From: Chrysomallon squamiferum
Taxonomy: Eukaryota; Animalia; Mollusca
Reading direction: 5' to 3'
Length of the DNA: 64,000 nucleotides
Assembly (NCBI GenBank): GCA_012295275.1
Contig: CM022665.1
Coordinates: 8,928,001-8,992,000, forward strand
Shown here: positions 21,562-34,190 of the stretch, piece by piece
Numbering within the stretch: the stretch's first letter is position 1
Layout of the letters: every line of letters begins with the position of its first letter
The notes under the pieces: model-generated
What the model was told of the DNA's origin: nothing
Databases searched by the model: none
Seen by the model: the letters and a program-made list of their open reading frames with translations, nothing else
Translations under genes and position numbers: made by a program

Positions 21562-23555
21562 TTTAGGCATATTGTTAGCGTATATTTAAACAGTAAAATG
21601 TTTTAACGGTGTATCTCATAGACTATTTCATTATGTTCCGGTTAAAGTAACAAATGGTTACGGCACTGACATGGAGAATGCTAATAAAAAAATTGGCAAA
21701 TCACCCAAACCTCCCACAGGCGGTCATTTTCTTCAGTTGTTTATGATGCCTAAATTTCCTTGACTGGTAAATGGTAGATTTATTAACAAGTAGTGGAAAA
21801 CAAGTTGCATTCTTTGGCGTTTGCAGACAAAACTAAATTATACGTAGTTTAGTAACGCTATCTAATAACCATCGTTCTTTGTCCGTGAAGTCAAGTTCAG
21901 TAATTGGTACCTCTGCATGCAAATACCTTGATTTGCTGTTAATTATTGTTGAGGGTTTCTCAAAAATCATCGCTTGTTCAACCCAGGTTCAACGCAAAGC
22001 CACGATGGAAATCATAGTTCTTGAGAACAGGAACTGATAACTGATTCTGTTACGGTAAGTTTATTTTTATTCGTTGAATATTTGTGTTTTTCTGCTTAAA
22101 CAGTTTGGTGCCAGATTTGTGTATAAAGCCAGTAGTTTCTAGTCATTTACATCTAGCTAACGTTTTGTTTTTTCTTTTGTTGTAATGATGATCTCTTAAA
22201 AGTTTAAATGGTTCATTACATTTCGAAAACGTAACAGTTTTAAACTAGTTTTATTACATTGCATTTATATCTTCTTTATGGCTTTTTAAAATATACAGAT
22301 ATTATTTAGTTGAGGATAAGACATTATAGTCACGTTTCTGCTTCATCATTATCGTTCTGTTATACATGATTATTTATTTATCCTTTTTTTTTTCTTCTTC
22401 TTATCAATAATTACCAGCTGTAACATAATAATAATAATAATAATAAATAAATAAAGGAAAAAAACATACGCACACACAGAAAACCCACTATCAACATCCC
22501 CAAAACACCCACACACCGCGAACACACACAAACAAACAAACTCCTCTCACAAATCCACCATAAAAAAAAAAAAAAAAAAAACAAAATTAAAAAAAAAAAA
22601 CAGCAAAGGGAAATTAATCCAGCTGCAAGTAAACAGACAATTTCAGTCTCGGAAAACTCAGTAACGATGTAATAATGGTATACGTGTATATGTTTTTCTC
22701 TCCAAGTATGAAAGTTTCATCTATTTCTTTTGTTTTATTATTTCGTTATTTTCGTTACAACGTACATGTTGCAAACATATTATATATGTCTCATATGTTC
22801 TGTCTTCTACAGTGTAAGACGTAATTACTTTTTATAAGAACAGACACAGACAGACAGACACACACACACACACACACACATACACAAGGCACCTGAGGTG
22901 CACAGAATAACGAAGCAATAAGCCACGATGTCTGCTTGAGATACAGTTAACAACGTGGTTATTAAGTCAAGTGACTACACCATGTTTTCAAACGAAATGT
23001 GTGAGCTGAGGCACGAAAATAGATTATGCTGTTGTGTAGGCAGGCTAACGATGGAGAGGAATCACAGAATTTGATCGGCTTACCTCTGTGTTGTTGTTGT
23101 TTTTCAGCAGGCTATCAGCATTATCAAATACACTTAAACACTATCAGTCATTGCCAAAAATTAATTACATCTCTCGCTACTGTTCGCCTTGCTAAATCGT
23201 TCAGTATAATGTTACCGTTTTCTACTTTTTTCATCTGTTTTAGAATATAAAAAAATCCTATGTTTTTATATATACTGCGACAATAAGACTGGTAAGTTAT
23301 TGTTTGTGTGTGAGTATTTCTCAGATATCAGCTATTAACTTTTCCAGAATTTATTATTAATTTTGTAATCTATTGTTAAGCTTTATTTGCAAGTTTTAAT
23401 CAATAAATAAAATAATGGACGACTACCTTCATAATGTTATATTTGCTGTTAATAAGAGAAAAGTGTTACCTGTTTCTTACGTTTTATCTATATTTATTCC
23501 AGGCAGAATAACAGGGTTAAGACACCATCCAGTTTATTTGAGAAGTAAGAATTCA

Positions 23556-25160
23556 ATGGCAGATAGACCAGGGAATGTAAAATTAATGGCTTTGAAGCTG
23601 GTTTGTCAGTTGGGATCGGAAAGCAATGCTCATGGGTTTGCAAGAATATTCAATTCAAGGAAAAGAAAAAGAAAGTATGTCTGGATAGTGCTTGTTTGCC
23701 TTGGATTTCTTGCAGCCATTGTTCAGTTAACAAACCTTGTGATGAAATACCTTGATTATCAGGTGGTGGAGGTTTCAGTCATCAAGGACAGCGAACAAAT
23801 TACATTTCCAGCTATCACTGTTTGTAATATTGAGCCGATGTCCACTAAAAAACTGAGGGTTCTTTTAGAAAAGAATAATTCAGATACACGTAACTGGCTG
23901 AGGTTTCTGGAACATTATCAGTTCGACAGTCAAACTGCCCATTATTCTTCCATTGTGGCTTTTTATGAAAATGTTGGAAACGAAGCTGTCTTTGTCCGCC
24001 ATGACGTCAATGATTTTATTGTTCATTGTCGCTTCAATCTAATGCCTTGTTCCTCAACAAATTTTACTACTAGTTGGGATAGTAATTATTACAATTGCTT
24101 CACTTTTAACAGCGCGGGAAACGAAAATGCACTGTTACATTCGTCAGGTCCTCAACATGGCTTGTCTTTGGTGATTTCACTGGAAAACAAACGACCGCCA
24201 TTAGGCGTATACGGACTTTACGACATAAGTTCCAACAATCGCCACAGTGCTGGGGCAAGGCTTGTAATACATGCTCCTGGCACGATGCCTAGTCCTGTTG
24301 ATCAAGGCATTGATGTACCACCTGGGTTCTCATCTTCGGTGGGGTTAAAAATTGTACACCATACAAGACTATCTAAACCTTATGGAAACTGTTCTGACAG
24401 TAGGTTGACTGGAACTAAACATTACAAAAATTCCTTTTTTGCTTGTCTCCAGATTTGCAAGCAAAACGAAGTCATTAAAGAGTGTGGATGTAAATCAGCG
24501 AGTCTGCCACAAGTTCGTTTCTCGGAGTTACCTTTCTGCGGTACTGTGCCGGACTGGAGAAAACGTCTGAAATATAAAGAGCTGTATTCAAAGCATATTC
24601 ACAATCCAGCTCTGGCTTGTGAAATGCGAGTCAGAAATAAAATGATAGACGACAGAAGCTATGAAACCACTTGCAATTGCTATCATCCTTGTCGTGAAAC
24701 CCTCTACAAAAGATCAGCTTCCCTCTCATACTGGCCTCTGGAATTCTACCAGTTAGACGCGCTGAAAGTATTGTACGGAGATCAAATTAATCATCATTTT
24801 CTTAATGATGCCTTTCAGTCGTTGACTGACGTCATGAACACGACTAACCACTCATTAGGTAATGAGCAGCTCTCTATGAAACAACGTATGAAGGTTGAAA
24901 GTGCTTCAGGACAAGTTAGACAAAACCTTCTTCGTCTCAATATTTATTTAGAAGATCTGAGCGTTATAGAATTTCGCCAGTTTCCAGCCTATGAGCTGAC
25001 TGATTTGTTGGCTAATATCGGGGGCACTTTAGGTTTGTGGATGGGAGTCTCTATTTTAACCATAATGGAATTTATGGAGCTTGTTATGTGTCTCGTGGCT
25101 ATGACTTTTTCTTCAATATGGGGTGCAGAAAACAAGGTCAACAAGCCATCATACATATGA
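23556..25160 (+). CDS. FaNaC: FMRFamide-activated amiloride-sensitive sodium channel-like protein (FaNaC, DEG/ENaC family), single coding exon
   Basis: Uninterrupted ORF with LGSESNAHG (HG motif), TM1, FPAITVCNIEP, HCRFN, YNCFTFNS, HAPGTMPSPVDQGIDVPPGFSSSVGLK, Cys-rich thumb, SYWPLEFYQ, RLNIYLEDLS and TM2 IGGTLGLWMGVS, all close to snail FaNaC. The ORF-track start at 23415 looks intronic: a splice acceptor ends at 23502 and the first exonic ATG is at 23556. Confidence 0.92.
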   Translation: MADRPGNVKLMALKLVCQLGSESNAHGFARIFNSRKRKRKYVWIVLVCLGFLAAIVQLTNLVMKYLDYQVVEVSVIKDSEQITFPAITVCNIEPMSTKKLRVLLEKNNSDTRNWLRFLEHYQFDSQTAHYSSIVAFYENVGNEAVFVRHDVNDFIVHCRFNLMPCSSTNFTTSWDSNYYNCFTFNSAGNENALLHSSGPQHGLSLVISLENKRPPLGVYGLYDISSNNRHSAGARLVIHAPGTMPSPVDQGIDVPPGFSSSVGLKIVHHTRLSKPYGNCSDSRLTGTKHYKNSFFACLQICKQNEVIKECGCKSASLPQVRFSELPFCGTVPDWRKRLKYKELYSKHIHNPALACEMRVRNKMIDDRSYETTCNCYHPCRETLYKRSASLSYWPLEFYQLDALKVLYGDQINHHFLNDAFQSLTDVMNTTNHSLGNEQLSMKQRMKVESASGQVRQNLLRLNIYLEDLSVIEFRQFPAYELTDLLANIGGTLGLWMGVSILTIMEFMELVMCLVAMTFSSIWGAENKVNKPSYI

Positions 25161-26029
25161 ATAGAACCAAGCCTTAGTAATGCAAAACAGTAAAACCAGT
25201 GACATAAAAGAAATGAACAGATTTGAATATGCCAGCGTAAAGTGATATAAGGCGAAAGTGGCACAGTTTCGATCTAGGCAATTTTACGACAGACAGAACT
25301 TAAATTCCTGAAATATGAAGTTAACAGAAGTTATTTCACTGCTGGAAGAACTTTTATATATTTTAGAAATTACTTTGAGGTTAGAAACAAGTAATAATTT
25401 TTTTCTTCTTTGGATGTCCTTTATACATGGATTCATTAATGTGTGGTAATAAAGAAGTCGAAAAAGAGATGATATAATTGTAAATAAATAAATAAAAATA
25501 ACAACAACAGTTTACGTGTAAACACTCTCACTTGACTTCATCATATATATGTCGAAAATTATATCACTTATAGGAACTACCTGCAAGTATGCAACACAAA
25601 GTTACATCTAGAAAAATTCCTGTTCACAACGCAAAAATACTTTTTTTTAAATTTTACTTTTTTTTTTTTTTTTAAATTTATTTATTTATTTTTATTCTTA
25701 TTATTGTTAATATTATTTAGACAGAAAACAACAGTTTCTAAAAACAAACTCTTGCCCAATAACTGACATAAAATTTCCTTCCGGACAAAAACCACAATTT
25801 TTTACTTTCCAAAAGTTTATAATAGTAACAAAATATTGAACTTCATTCCCACCGGCCGCTTTATGGCAAAAACCTTTGCGAACAAAAGAAAAGAAAAAAT
25901 GTACTGGTATAGAAATACTCACCCCGCCCCCCTTCATAAACAGCAGTATTTTATAAATCGCTCAGTGTGTTTCAGTGACAACTATCCATTTTGCTTGATC
26001 CATTCTCTTAATACGTTTATTATTATTAT

Positions 26030-26290
26030 TTTTTTATTCTCCCCCCCCTTTCGCTCGTTGACTATATGTCAAGGCCAGCAGTGACTATGAACGATACTGT
26101 TCTCTGTAGATCACTTCTTGTACCACACAGCTTCTTCTGGGGAGTTGTTGTAGCTGTCCAGGTAGTCTCCACCAGCTGCTGCAGGTTTTTGCAGTTTTAC
26201 CCTGTTCTCCACAGAAGCACATGGAAGCAGATACCAGCCGGAACCTCTCGTGCACGTGCTGTTGTGTCCAGTCCTTAATCGGAAGATTTG
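26030..26290 (-). mobile_element. Degenerate, 5'-truncated 3' end of a non-LTR retrotransposon (RNase H-bearing I/Ingi/Nimb-like ORF2 C-terminus)
   Basis: Three minus-strand frames piece together QIFRLRTGHN / QHVHERFRLVSASMCFCGEQGKTA / CKNLQQLVETTWTATTTPQKKLCGTRSDLQRTVSFIVTAGLDI*. This is the typical RLRTGH plus zinc-knuckle plus terminal helix of such LINEs, broken by frameshifts and followed by a short purine-rich tail. Confidence 0.75.
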
Positions 26291-26513
26291 TTTATTATTT
26301 ATACCAATATTTATTTCATATATTGAATTATAACCGTTTATTTTTATGTAATATGTAACTTCTTAGGGCGTACATTGCAAAATATGTAAAAATACTGCAG
26401 TGTGTCAAAACATCACATCTGAACAAATCTAGCTGTATTAATGTAGGCCATTTTCATTACTAACCATAATTGTTTTATTTCATTTTGAGTGAACAGGACT
26501 TAACATCATTTAA

Positions 26514-26550
<37 letters not shown>

Positions 26551-26968
26551 CAGCGAACTTTAACATTTTACACCATTTGCAAAGGCGTTATCCAGAGTAC
26601 TGGGGGGGGGGGGAAGAAGAAGAAGAAAAAAAGGAGCTAATTTATAGTTATGGATATTTGTTACCTAGAATTTATCGTTATCATAAGGACTGTGAATCAT
26701 GAATATCGCTTTAAATATCATTAACCCATGAGTTAATGAATATTATTTTCTATTATAGCTTTATAATGATAATGTGAAGGAGAAATGAGATTTTATTATA
26801 TTTCTGTAAGGTATTTCGTTTAACCTAAAAACAAACTAGTACATAATGTTCCACTACATATAAAATTAGGTTTTGTTAAATGTATTTGCCACAAGACTAA
26901 CTGATTACCGGTTTCAGTATGAAACTGGGACTAACTATTGATTGTTTTATATTATTTCAATTCTAGTA

Positions 26969-27002
<34 letters not shown>

Positions 27003-27198
27003 GTGTGCGTGCGTATGTGTGCGCGTGTGTGTTCCCTACACAGCACATGGCAATGTTAGGCTGTCAAACAAAGAATCATTTTACACAGAGAAATGACTTT
27101 GGTAGAGATTTCTTGTCTGTCAAAATGTGCCAGATTATAAATAATTATCTATTACTTTTTATTAATAGATAACAGTAGCAGCGGATTTCCTTTTTTAA

Positions 27199-27199
27199 A

Positions 27200-27268
<69 letters not shown>

Positions 27269-27286
27269 AATAAATAAATAAATAAA
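27199..27286. repeat. (AAT)n/(AAAT)n microsatellite
   Basis: Directly visible; a second (AAT)n tract lies at ~27579-27622. Confidence 0.9.
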
Positions 27287-27577
27287 ATAGAAGAATAGAA
27301 AGAAAAGAAAAGGAGCACAAAAACACCTACAAAAGAAGAACATCAGCAGCAACAGTACCAATAACAAAATAAAATGCAACAAAGCAAAATAAAAAATAAA
27401 GACCGTATTAATTTAGTTTAATGTGTGGAACAACTATTAAACGCCTTGTGCACCATCTTATATAAGAGTTATTTCCCTTATTCTACTTCCAAAACGATCC
27501 GCCATCAAATAATGATGTCTGGAATATTCCCTTCTGTAAGAAAAAGTCAATTTACTCTCACTCAGCCTACCTTTCTC

Positions 27578-27623
<46 letters not shown>

Positions 27624-30600
27624 AGGTACTGAACTATTTATCCGGCAAGCTTGGGATTGGAAGTAGTCCAGGCTAAATCTACTTAAAATATAAAATAATC
27701 ATTCAAAAATAAAGAATGAAACTGTATTTAACAGCTACAAATTAATATTCATTGATTCACTTAAAAGTTTTAAAATGCCTGTTCAGAATAATTATGCTTT
27801 TGACCAGAATGTTGCGTTTCTGCTAGTCTTTTAGACATGGTAATAAATGAAAGTGAGAGTAAACTGAAACATTAACTTATTGTGAGAGGATCACCTGCAC
27901 ACGGCAACATTCTCTCTTGAACTGGCGTCTCGGAAACTAAAACATGCGCACCTAATTTAAAAGTAGCCGGTTTGAAAAAAAAGCAGGCTTTCTGCATTTT
28001 CCATGTTTCTGGATAAATTGTTTGGTACCTGCAATAATAATCTGCTTTTGACAGCTCTCTTCACATGACAGCACTGAATTATGGCTTTATTATATTGTTT
28101 TTCCGATTAGCATACTGTAATGCAGTTATAACTTTATTTCTTCTTTCATTTAAAAAAGAAAGAAAAGAAGAAGAAAAAGAAAAAAAAAACCTAGAAGTTT
28201 CAAACACACTTTCTTAGTCATACAGATCCACATGGCTTCCATTTCCATTTTCTCCTTTCCTTCCCCATTCAGATTAAATTGGTACCGCCACTAGTGTAAC
28301 AGCTGCGCCGCTAAAGGAAGATAGAAAATCGCTGCTGACGTATTTGTTTGTGTGATCGAATAAATTCTAATTATTGACTGGTACTATGACGTAAATGGGC
28401 CAGATGCATCTAGTTCGTGAAGAAAGATGGATTTACATTTTAAAACAGTCTGTAACTGATGATGTAAAAAGGCTGACGTTATTAACAAAAGATAAAGGTA
28501 AAAAATAAAGAGAGAACAGTGGTAAAAGACTTGTTTAATTTCTAAAAGCGCGAGATGTTTGATATTTTCGTTACATGTTTTTTATGGACTTTGGTTACGG
28601 ACATTTTACTCACTGGAATATTTCTTATCAGTAAAACATGGCTTCAGTTTTCTGCTTGTGTAAAAATATTGTCGAGAAAGCAAAACGTAAACTAGATTAG
28701 TGGAGTATTTTTATACATTCATCATTATGATGTGTTTATACACTGTCATCTGGTACATCACTGATGATATTGATTTACTACGATGCTAATGCTGCATTGT
28801 GGGCGTAGATTAAACTAGGTTTCAAAACTGAATAGTGTTGTTTAAATATGTACCAACATTTTTTTTTTCAGAAGAAAACAGATATGGTTTATCTCGGTTT
28901 TTAAATGCTGTCTGCAATCGGTTTCAAGTCAAGAACCCGATGTCTTCCACACGTACATGAATTAAATGATTTTGTGAATTTTGTCTACGATGGTAGTGTC
29001 CAGTTTTTGTACTTAATTAAGACAATGGGTCAGATTAATTATGAAAGGAAAGGTTTCTCGAGAAATTCCGAAGGAAACTACAGATAATTTGTTATCGATT
29101 TCTTACACAGAAACCATCAGAGTCTGAAGAAGAAAAAAAATGTGTCTGTGGGCTAACATAGCTGCTAAATAGAGCACACGAATCTAGGACTGAGAACCCT
29201 GCTGTTTACATTTCTTTCTTTTTGTGTCTGTGTGTATATATATATTTTTTAAATTTGTGCCTGCTGATTTTTTATTTTCATTATCAGTATAATGAAACTC
29301 ATTTTATCTTGAAAATTATTTCTACCAGAATGACAACACCTCCTTTTCTAAAATCCTAAATCACCCCTTCGTTGTCTTTATTACTCACACTGGATTCATT
29401 ATTTTAAAATCCTATGGCATATGAAAATGATAATAATAATAACTATAATAATCAAAAAATGAAGCAACATAACACTAATGAGTACTATGTCTCGATTAGT
29501 GGTTTGAACAACTTTTGCTGGATTCACGACAAACAGAAATGAACGTAGTAACTTGCGTGTGGTAGTTATTGTTTTTTTCTCTTTGTCTCGAGACTCTTTG
29601 ACAGAATAGCATTAATAAGTATCTGTTAAAAAGATGTTGTTTATATATACAGTTCCACTTACTACTGTTTTACTTAGTTTTTTTACTGATGTGCCTTAGA
29701 CATTATTTGGGATCATTTCTATTATTTTGCATTATTACTATACCAAGTCTGGCAAGTCCAACGTTATAGTATATGCTGCATATTGCTGTTTTATTTTTTA
29801 TTTTTTGGTTGGAATTTTGTTTATTGCTTATATTTACATGCGGCCAACAATGTAGATGTTTTGGCTGTTTTATTTTTATTTCTAAATTTATTTTTTTTTT
29901 TTTTTTTATAAAAGCTCCTCTGCACCACTGGACATGTTTGACATTTAATGGCAGCCGATACTTAAAAAAAATGTTCTGAAATGTTTTTATTCAGATATTT
30001 TTTTCCATTCCTTGGCTTAATTATATTGTCAGTCTCGAATGTCCAACTATCAGCGTCTTTTCACAGGCACGTAATTCCACGATTATTGATTTCACGTGAA
30101 GAAGTCTATAAATCAATACACACTCATGGAGATATGGCTGCTGAATTTGTACGAGAGTTTACTCATCTATGTACAAGGGTAGGCTTCGTAATGACGTGAC
30201 CCTATTACTTATCAATATATCTACATCCAAGGGTAGCGATGGGCGAGCATGAACATCGTCGTAAATCAAATCGGGATTTTCTTTCCACTTCGTGTAAAAG
30301 CGTAAATCGATCTTTTAAAAGAATATCAATGACAACCACATTTTGGTACATTTTAACATTTAATTTTGTATTTTTATATAAAGATGTTTGGTTCAACTTA
30401 AAGTACATCTTTTAGATATCTTGTGACAGTCCGTTTCATGTAAGTGAAGATGAGATTTACTATTATCATTTTGTATATATAACGCCCCAATAGATGAATG
30501 TTAAATTGCGAGATACATATCTACTTTTATAGTATTTTCACAGATGTAAGAGATAGGAACAATTCTTTTTCATGTTTTACCTCAGAAGATGAATATCAAA

Positions 30601-31489
30601 ACTAAATATCTACGTATATCAGCCTTTGAGGTTCAAAGTTCCCCTTTTCTTTCTTTACGTCCTGTCTCTTGATGGATATCAAATAATAAGTGTAACTTCG
30701 ACTAGATCGTTATCAACTGAAAAGATAGATTATATGTGTGTGTATATAAATGTATGTACGTATTTAGGTATGTATACGTATGTATTTATTTGAGGATATA
30801 TCTTTATTATCACTTTTGAAAGCATTTCAACAAATATTATTGATTAGTTGGTTTTGGGAGGAAATAATATTTTATTATTTAATCACCATAATTATAAAAA
30901 TAAATATTAATACTTTACAAACAGTTCATAACGATATGTAGTATTTCTGTTGCACGTGAGAATGGAGGAGCATGCTAAATAATTCTACACTGCATTGATT
31001 GAACTCAGCAGTTCCTGTGGACGGAAGAGGAGATGATAATTTAACCAGTAATTAACATTAACTATGCTTAATAAGCAGCAGCATTTGTCATAACATCGCA
31101 GATCACTTAACTGTTGTAAATGAGTGAATGAAACAATACATCTGACTAGATTCCAGTACAGTTTAATTTAATGCTATCGGTCATTTTACGTCAAATATGG
31201 TTTTTTTTTTTTTTTTTTTTTTTTGGCTTTGTTGTTGTTATTTTTTGCTTTTTTAAAAATGTATTTAAAAAAAAAAAAAAAATTGTTGTTGTTGGGTTGT
31301 TTTGGGGTGGGTTTTTTTGGTGCAGATTAAATTATGAGTATTATTATTGTTGCTGTCGTTATTATTTATTTATTTATTAATCTACGGCCACACATTCAGC
31401 CACTGTTTTTGATTAGTAGCACTGAGCTCTCTTTTAAATGCAACTTTCTTTAAACTTTTGTATTCATTCACCAAGATCTTTGGTAAGTC

Positions 31490-31556
31490 AATCTTGGCGT
31501 CCTGACTGGAACCAAATATTAAGAAGAAGAAAAAGAAGAAGAAGAAGAAGAAGAAA
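31490..31556 (+). mobile_element. Possible 3' tail of a LINE/SINE ending in (GAA)n
   Basis: Short GC-richer segment TTGGCGTCCTGACTGGAACCAAATATTAA runs directly into a (GAA)n tract. The family is not identifiable. Confidence 0.3.
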
Positions 31557-32189
31557 GGACCATGAGCTGTGCGATCATAGACATCTTCTTCCTACACTTA
31601 AAAACGAAATCGACTTATCTGTTCTGTGTGTTGTTCTCATGGAAACCAACTTCCAGTTGACATGAGGTTTTATTCCGCAAGAATGGCAATAATTGTTTTA
31701 TTTTTGGTTCAATAACCATTTTGTTCTGAGAGAAACAGTAATTAGTTAATTGTGAAAAGCGCCAGACAATTGCATATAACAGATTATCGAATGGATGTCA
31801 GATAATTTGTAATGCCTTTGACGACTTAAATTTAATTTTGCATTTTTTCCCATTCTAAACACACTGCTTGGGAATTTAGTGAAGAAGACGTTCCAGTGTC
31901 TTCCACACATAAAGATTTTTATTTAATTAGGATGAGACCATGATGGTGTCGCCACCAGTAATTTTTACAGACCAGAGATTAAGAAAAATAATTAAAAAAT
32001 TTAATGTTCTGGTCTAAACATGTTCTGTGGCTCTTTTCTGCCAGAACATTGGCTCTGTATAATTTCTGGGACGAGAAATTTAATAACTTGTTGTTGTGTT
32101 GATATTTACCCAGAACTCGCTGACTTAGTTCTTTCACCAGTGCTGACCTGACGCAAACCAAATTCTAAGCGATAGAAAAAAAAAAGCTC

Positions 32190-32460
32190 AGCTAGTTCCT
32201 TTCTTGAAGTTGATTGGAGGGGGATTGGGTGGGGGGTTTGACGTAAACCTCATTGGCCAAATGCGGTATCAAGTTTGTCACTATCGAGCTGTAAGGCAAG
32301 ATCAATAAAAGGCAGACAGGTCGAGACGGTTTTTGTAAAGAAAAGCTTCGGTTAAGTCTGCCAGCCCGGTCAGCCCAAACTATCAGTATGAACATCGTCA
32401 GCCGGGCTAGTCAGCTAGCTACCTGACCTGAAGGCATCAACTCACAAGGCCAAATAAATT
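32190..32460. promoter_or_regulatory. GC-rich promoter/enhancer-like island upstream of ERR
   Basis: Three ATTGG (reverse CCAAT) boxes, G-runs, TGACGTAA, TGACCT and CAAGGCCA nuclear-receptor half-sites in an AT-rich background. No credible ORF. Confidence 0.45.
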
Positions 32461-32600
32461 AATGTCTTCGCATATATATAATTGTTGTTATCTGAAATGT
32501 TATTACAGTACTTAGATTTATCAATTCTCTCTTATGTGTATAAAATAATTGCTTTATTGATATATATATTTTTAAAAGTATTCCAGAAATACAAAGAATC

Positions 32601-32634
<34 letters not shown>

Positions 32635-33819
32635 CATGGTTTGTCAAACAACATTTTCAAGAAGAGAGGATGGCGGTAGCTATTATTTGTTCTAAGGGCG
32701 ACTGTCAAGAATATTGATTTTATAACATACCCATTCACCTTTCTCGATATTTTTCTGCCAAAGGAAAACTTCAGAAACAACAACAACAATAATAATATTT
32801 TCAAAGTCTCCAAGGCAACAATGAATATGTTGATTCAGAAATTTTAACAAACATTATTTGGACACAAAAACAAAGCTAAATGAAAATATACTTTAGAACA
32901 TCTGAACTAGCCGTTATAAGTGTTGATCATAAATACAAAACATTACTTTATTATATTTTTTTATGAAGAGCATAGAAAGACTATACAAATTTAAGAAGGA
33001 ACGCTTTAGTTTCCTACAAAAAACAAGCAACAAAAAAAAAAACAACCCCCCCCAAAACAAACAAAAAAACAAACAAACAAAAAAAAAAAAAACAACCCCA
33101 AACACCTCCCCCCCCAAAAAAAAAAGCCAACATAAAATAAAATAAAATAAAATAAACAGCCATGAAGGCCTCGTAACCTTTGGTTCTTTGTCATGTAATA
33201 GTGTTTGGGTTACGAACATTTATCTCTTTTGCCAAATCTAGATATGCTTTAGTGTTAGATTTCTTATTCTGGCTAAGATTAAATAAAAATTGACCTTGAG
33301 ATAACAGTTAATTCCATGTATGCACAATTCTGAACGACAACTGCTATTGAAAATCACAGAGGTGAATAGTTAAATATTAAAATAAACAAAACCAATGTGT
33401 TTGGGGTTCACGTTTGTTGCTCTAATTATAGGTAAACAAAAAAAAAAACAAAAAAAAAAAATCTCCAGTAAAGCCTGCAATTAATGATTTTCTCATTAAA
33501 ACAACTACAAAAGAAAAGAAAAAGAAAAAAATACCTGTTGTTATTCATTCGTTTCTTGTTGCTGAATAGATTATAGGTTTTTTTCTTCTATGTTGTTGGT
33601 GTAATCTTATATATGCATGCATGTCTTTATTACTTCTACTAATGTCAATATCACAGCTATTGCTACTAACTTTACTGGTTCTTAGTACAGTGTAATTATG
33701 TTACTGATACTTCTACGTTTTAGGCGAAATGTATATGAATTAGCCAGAAGATGGTCCATAGCGTGCATGTCTGGAACTGTTCACCAGCAATATTTCATTA
33801 GCAGTAACCACTTTAGCTA

Positions 33820-34190
33820 GGACAACAACAACTACTTGTATTACTTGTATTACTAGTACTATTCTAACAAAATTACTATTACTGCTGCTGCTACTACTAC
33901 TACTACTATTTTTTCTGCTGCTATTGCTGCTGCTGTTGTTGCTTCTGCTGCTACTGCTAATATTATTGCTGCAACTATTACTACTGGTACTTCTACTACT
34001 TCTACTGGTACTTCTACTACTTCTACTACTTTAATAACTGCTATTACCACTGCGTCTTCGTAATTCCTGCTACTGTTACTACTACTATTGCTACTACTTG
34101 ATTACTACTTCTACTACCACTATGCTTCTCAGTGTTACTACTATTTCTAACTACAACTACTGCTGATGCTGCTGCTGTTGCCAATGCTGC
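33820..34190. repeat. Degenerate (ACT/GCT)n trinucleotide tract
   Basis: Imperfect ACT/GCT/ATT array; explains the Val/Ala/Thr-rich spurious ORFs. Confidence 0.85.

Noticed and set aside
23415-23502. ORF-track N-terminus MDDYLHN... of the 581-aa channel
   Set aside because: It runs through a pyrimidine tract and AG acceptor at 23501-23502, so it is most likely intron read-through.
26111-26274. Apparent terminal exon ...WYLLPCASVENRVKLQKPAAAGGDYLDSYNNSPEEAVWYKK* that is phase-compatible with the 36449-36639 segment
   Set aside because: The same bases are better explained as a frameshifted LINE ORF2 C-terminus (RLRTGHN, CxCGE, KLxG motifs spread over three frames).
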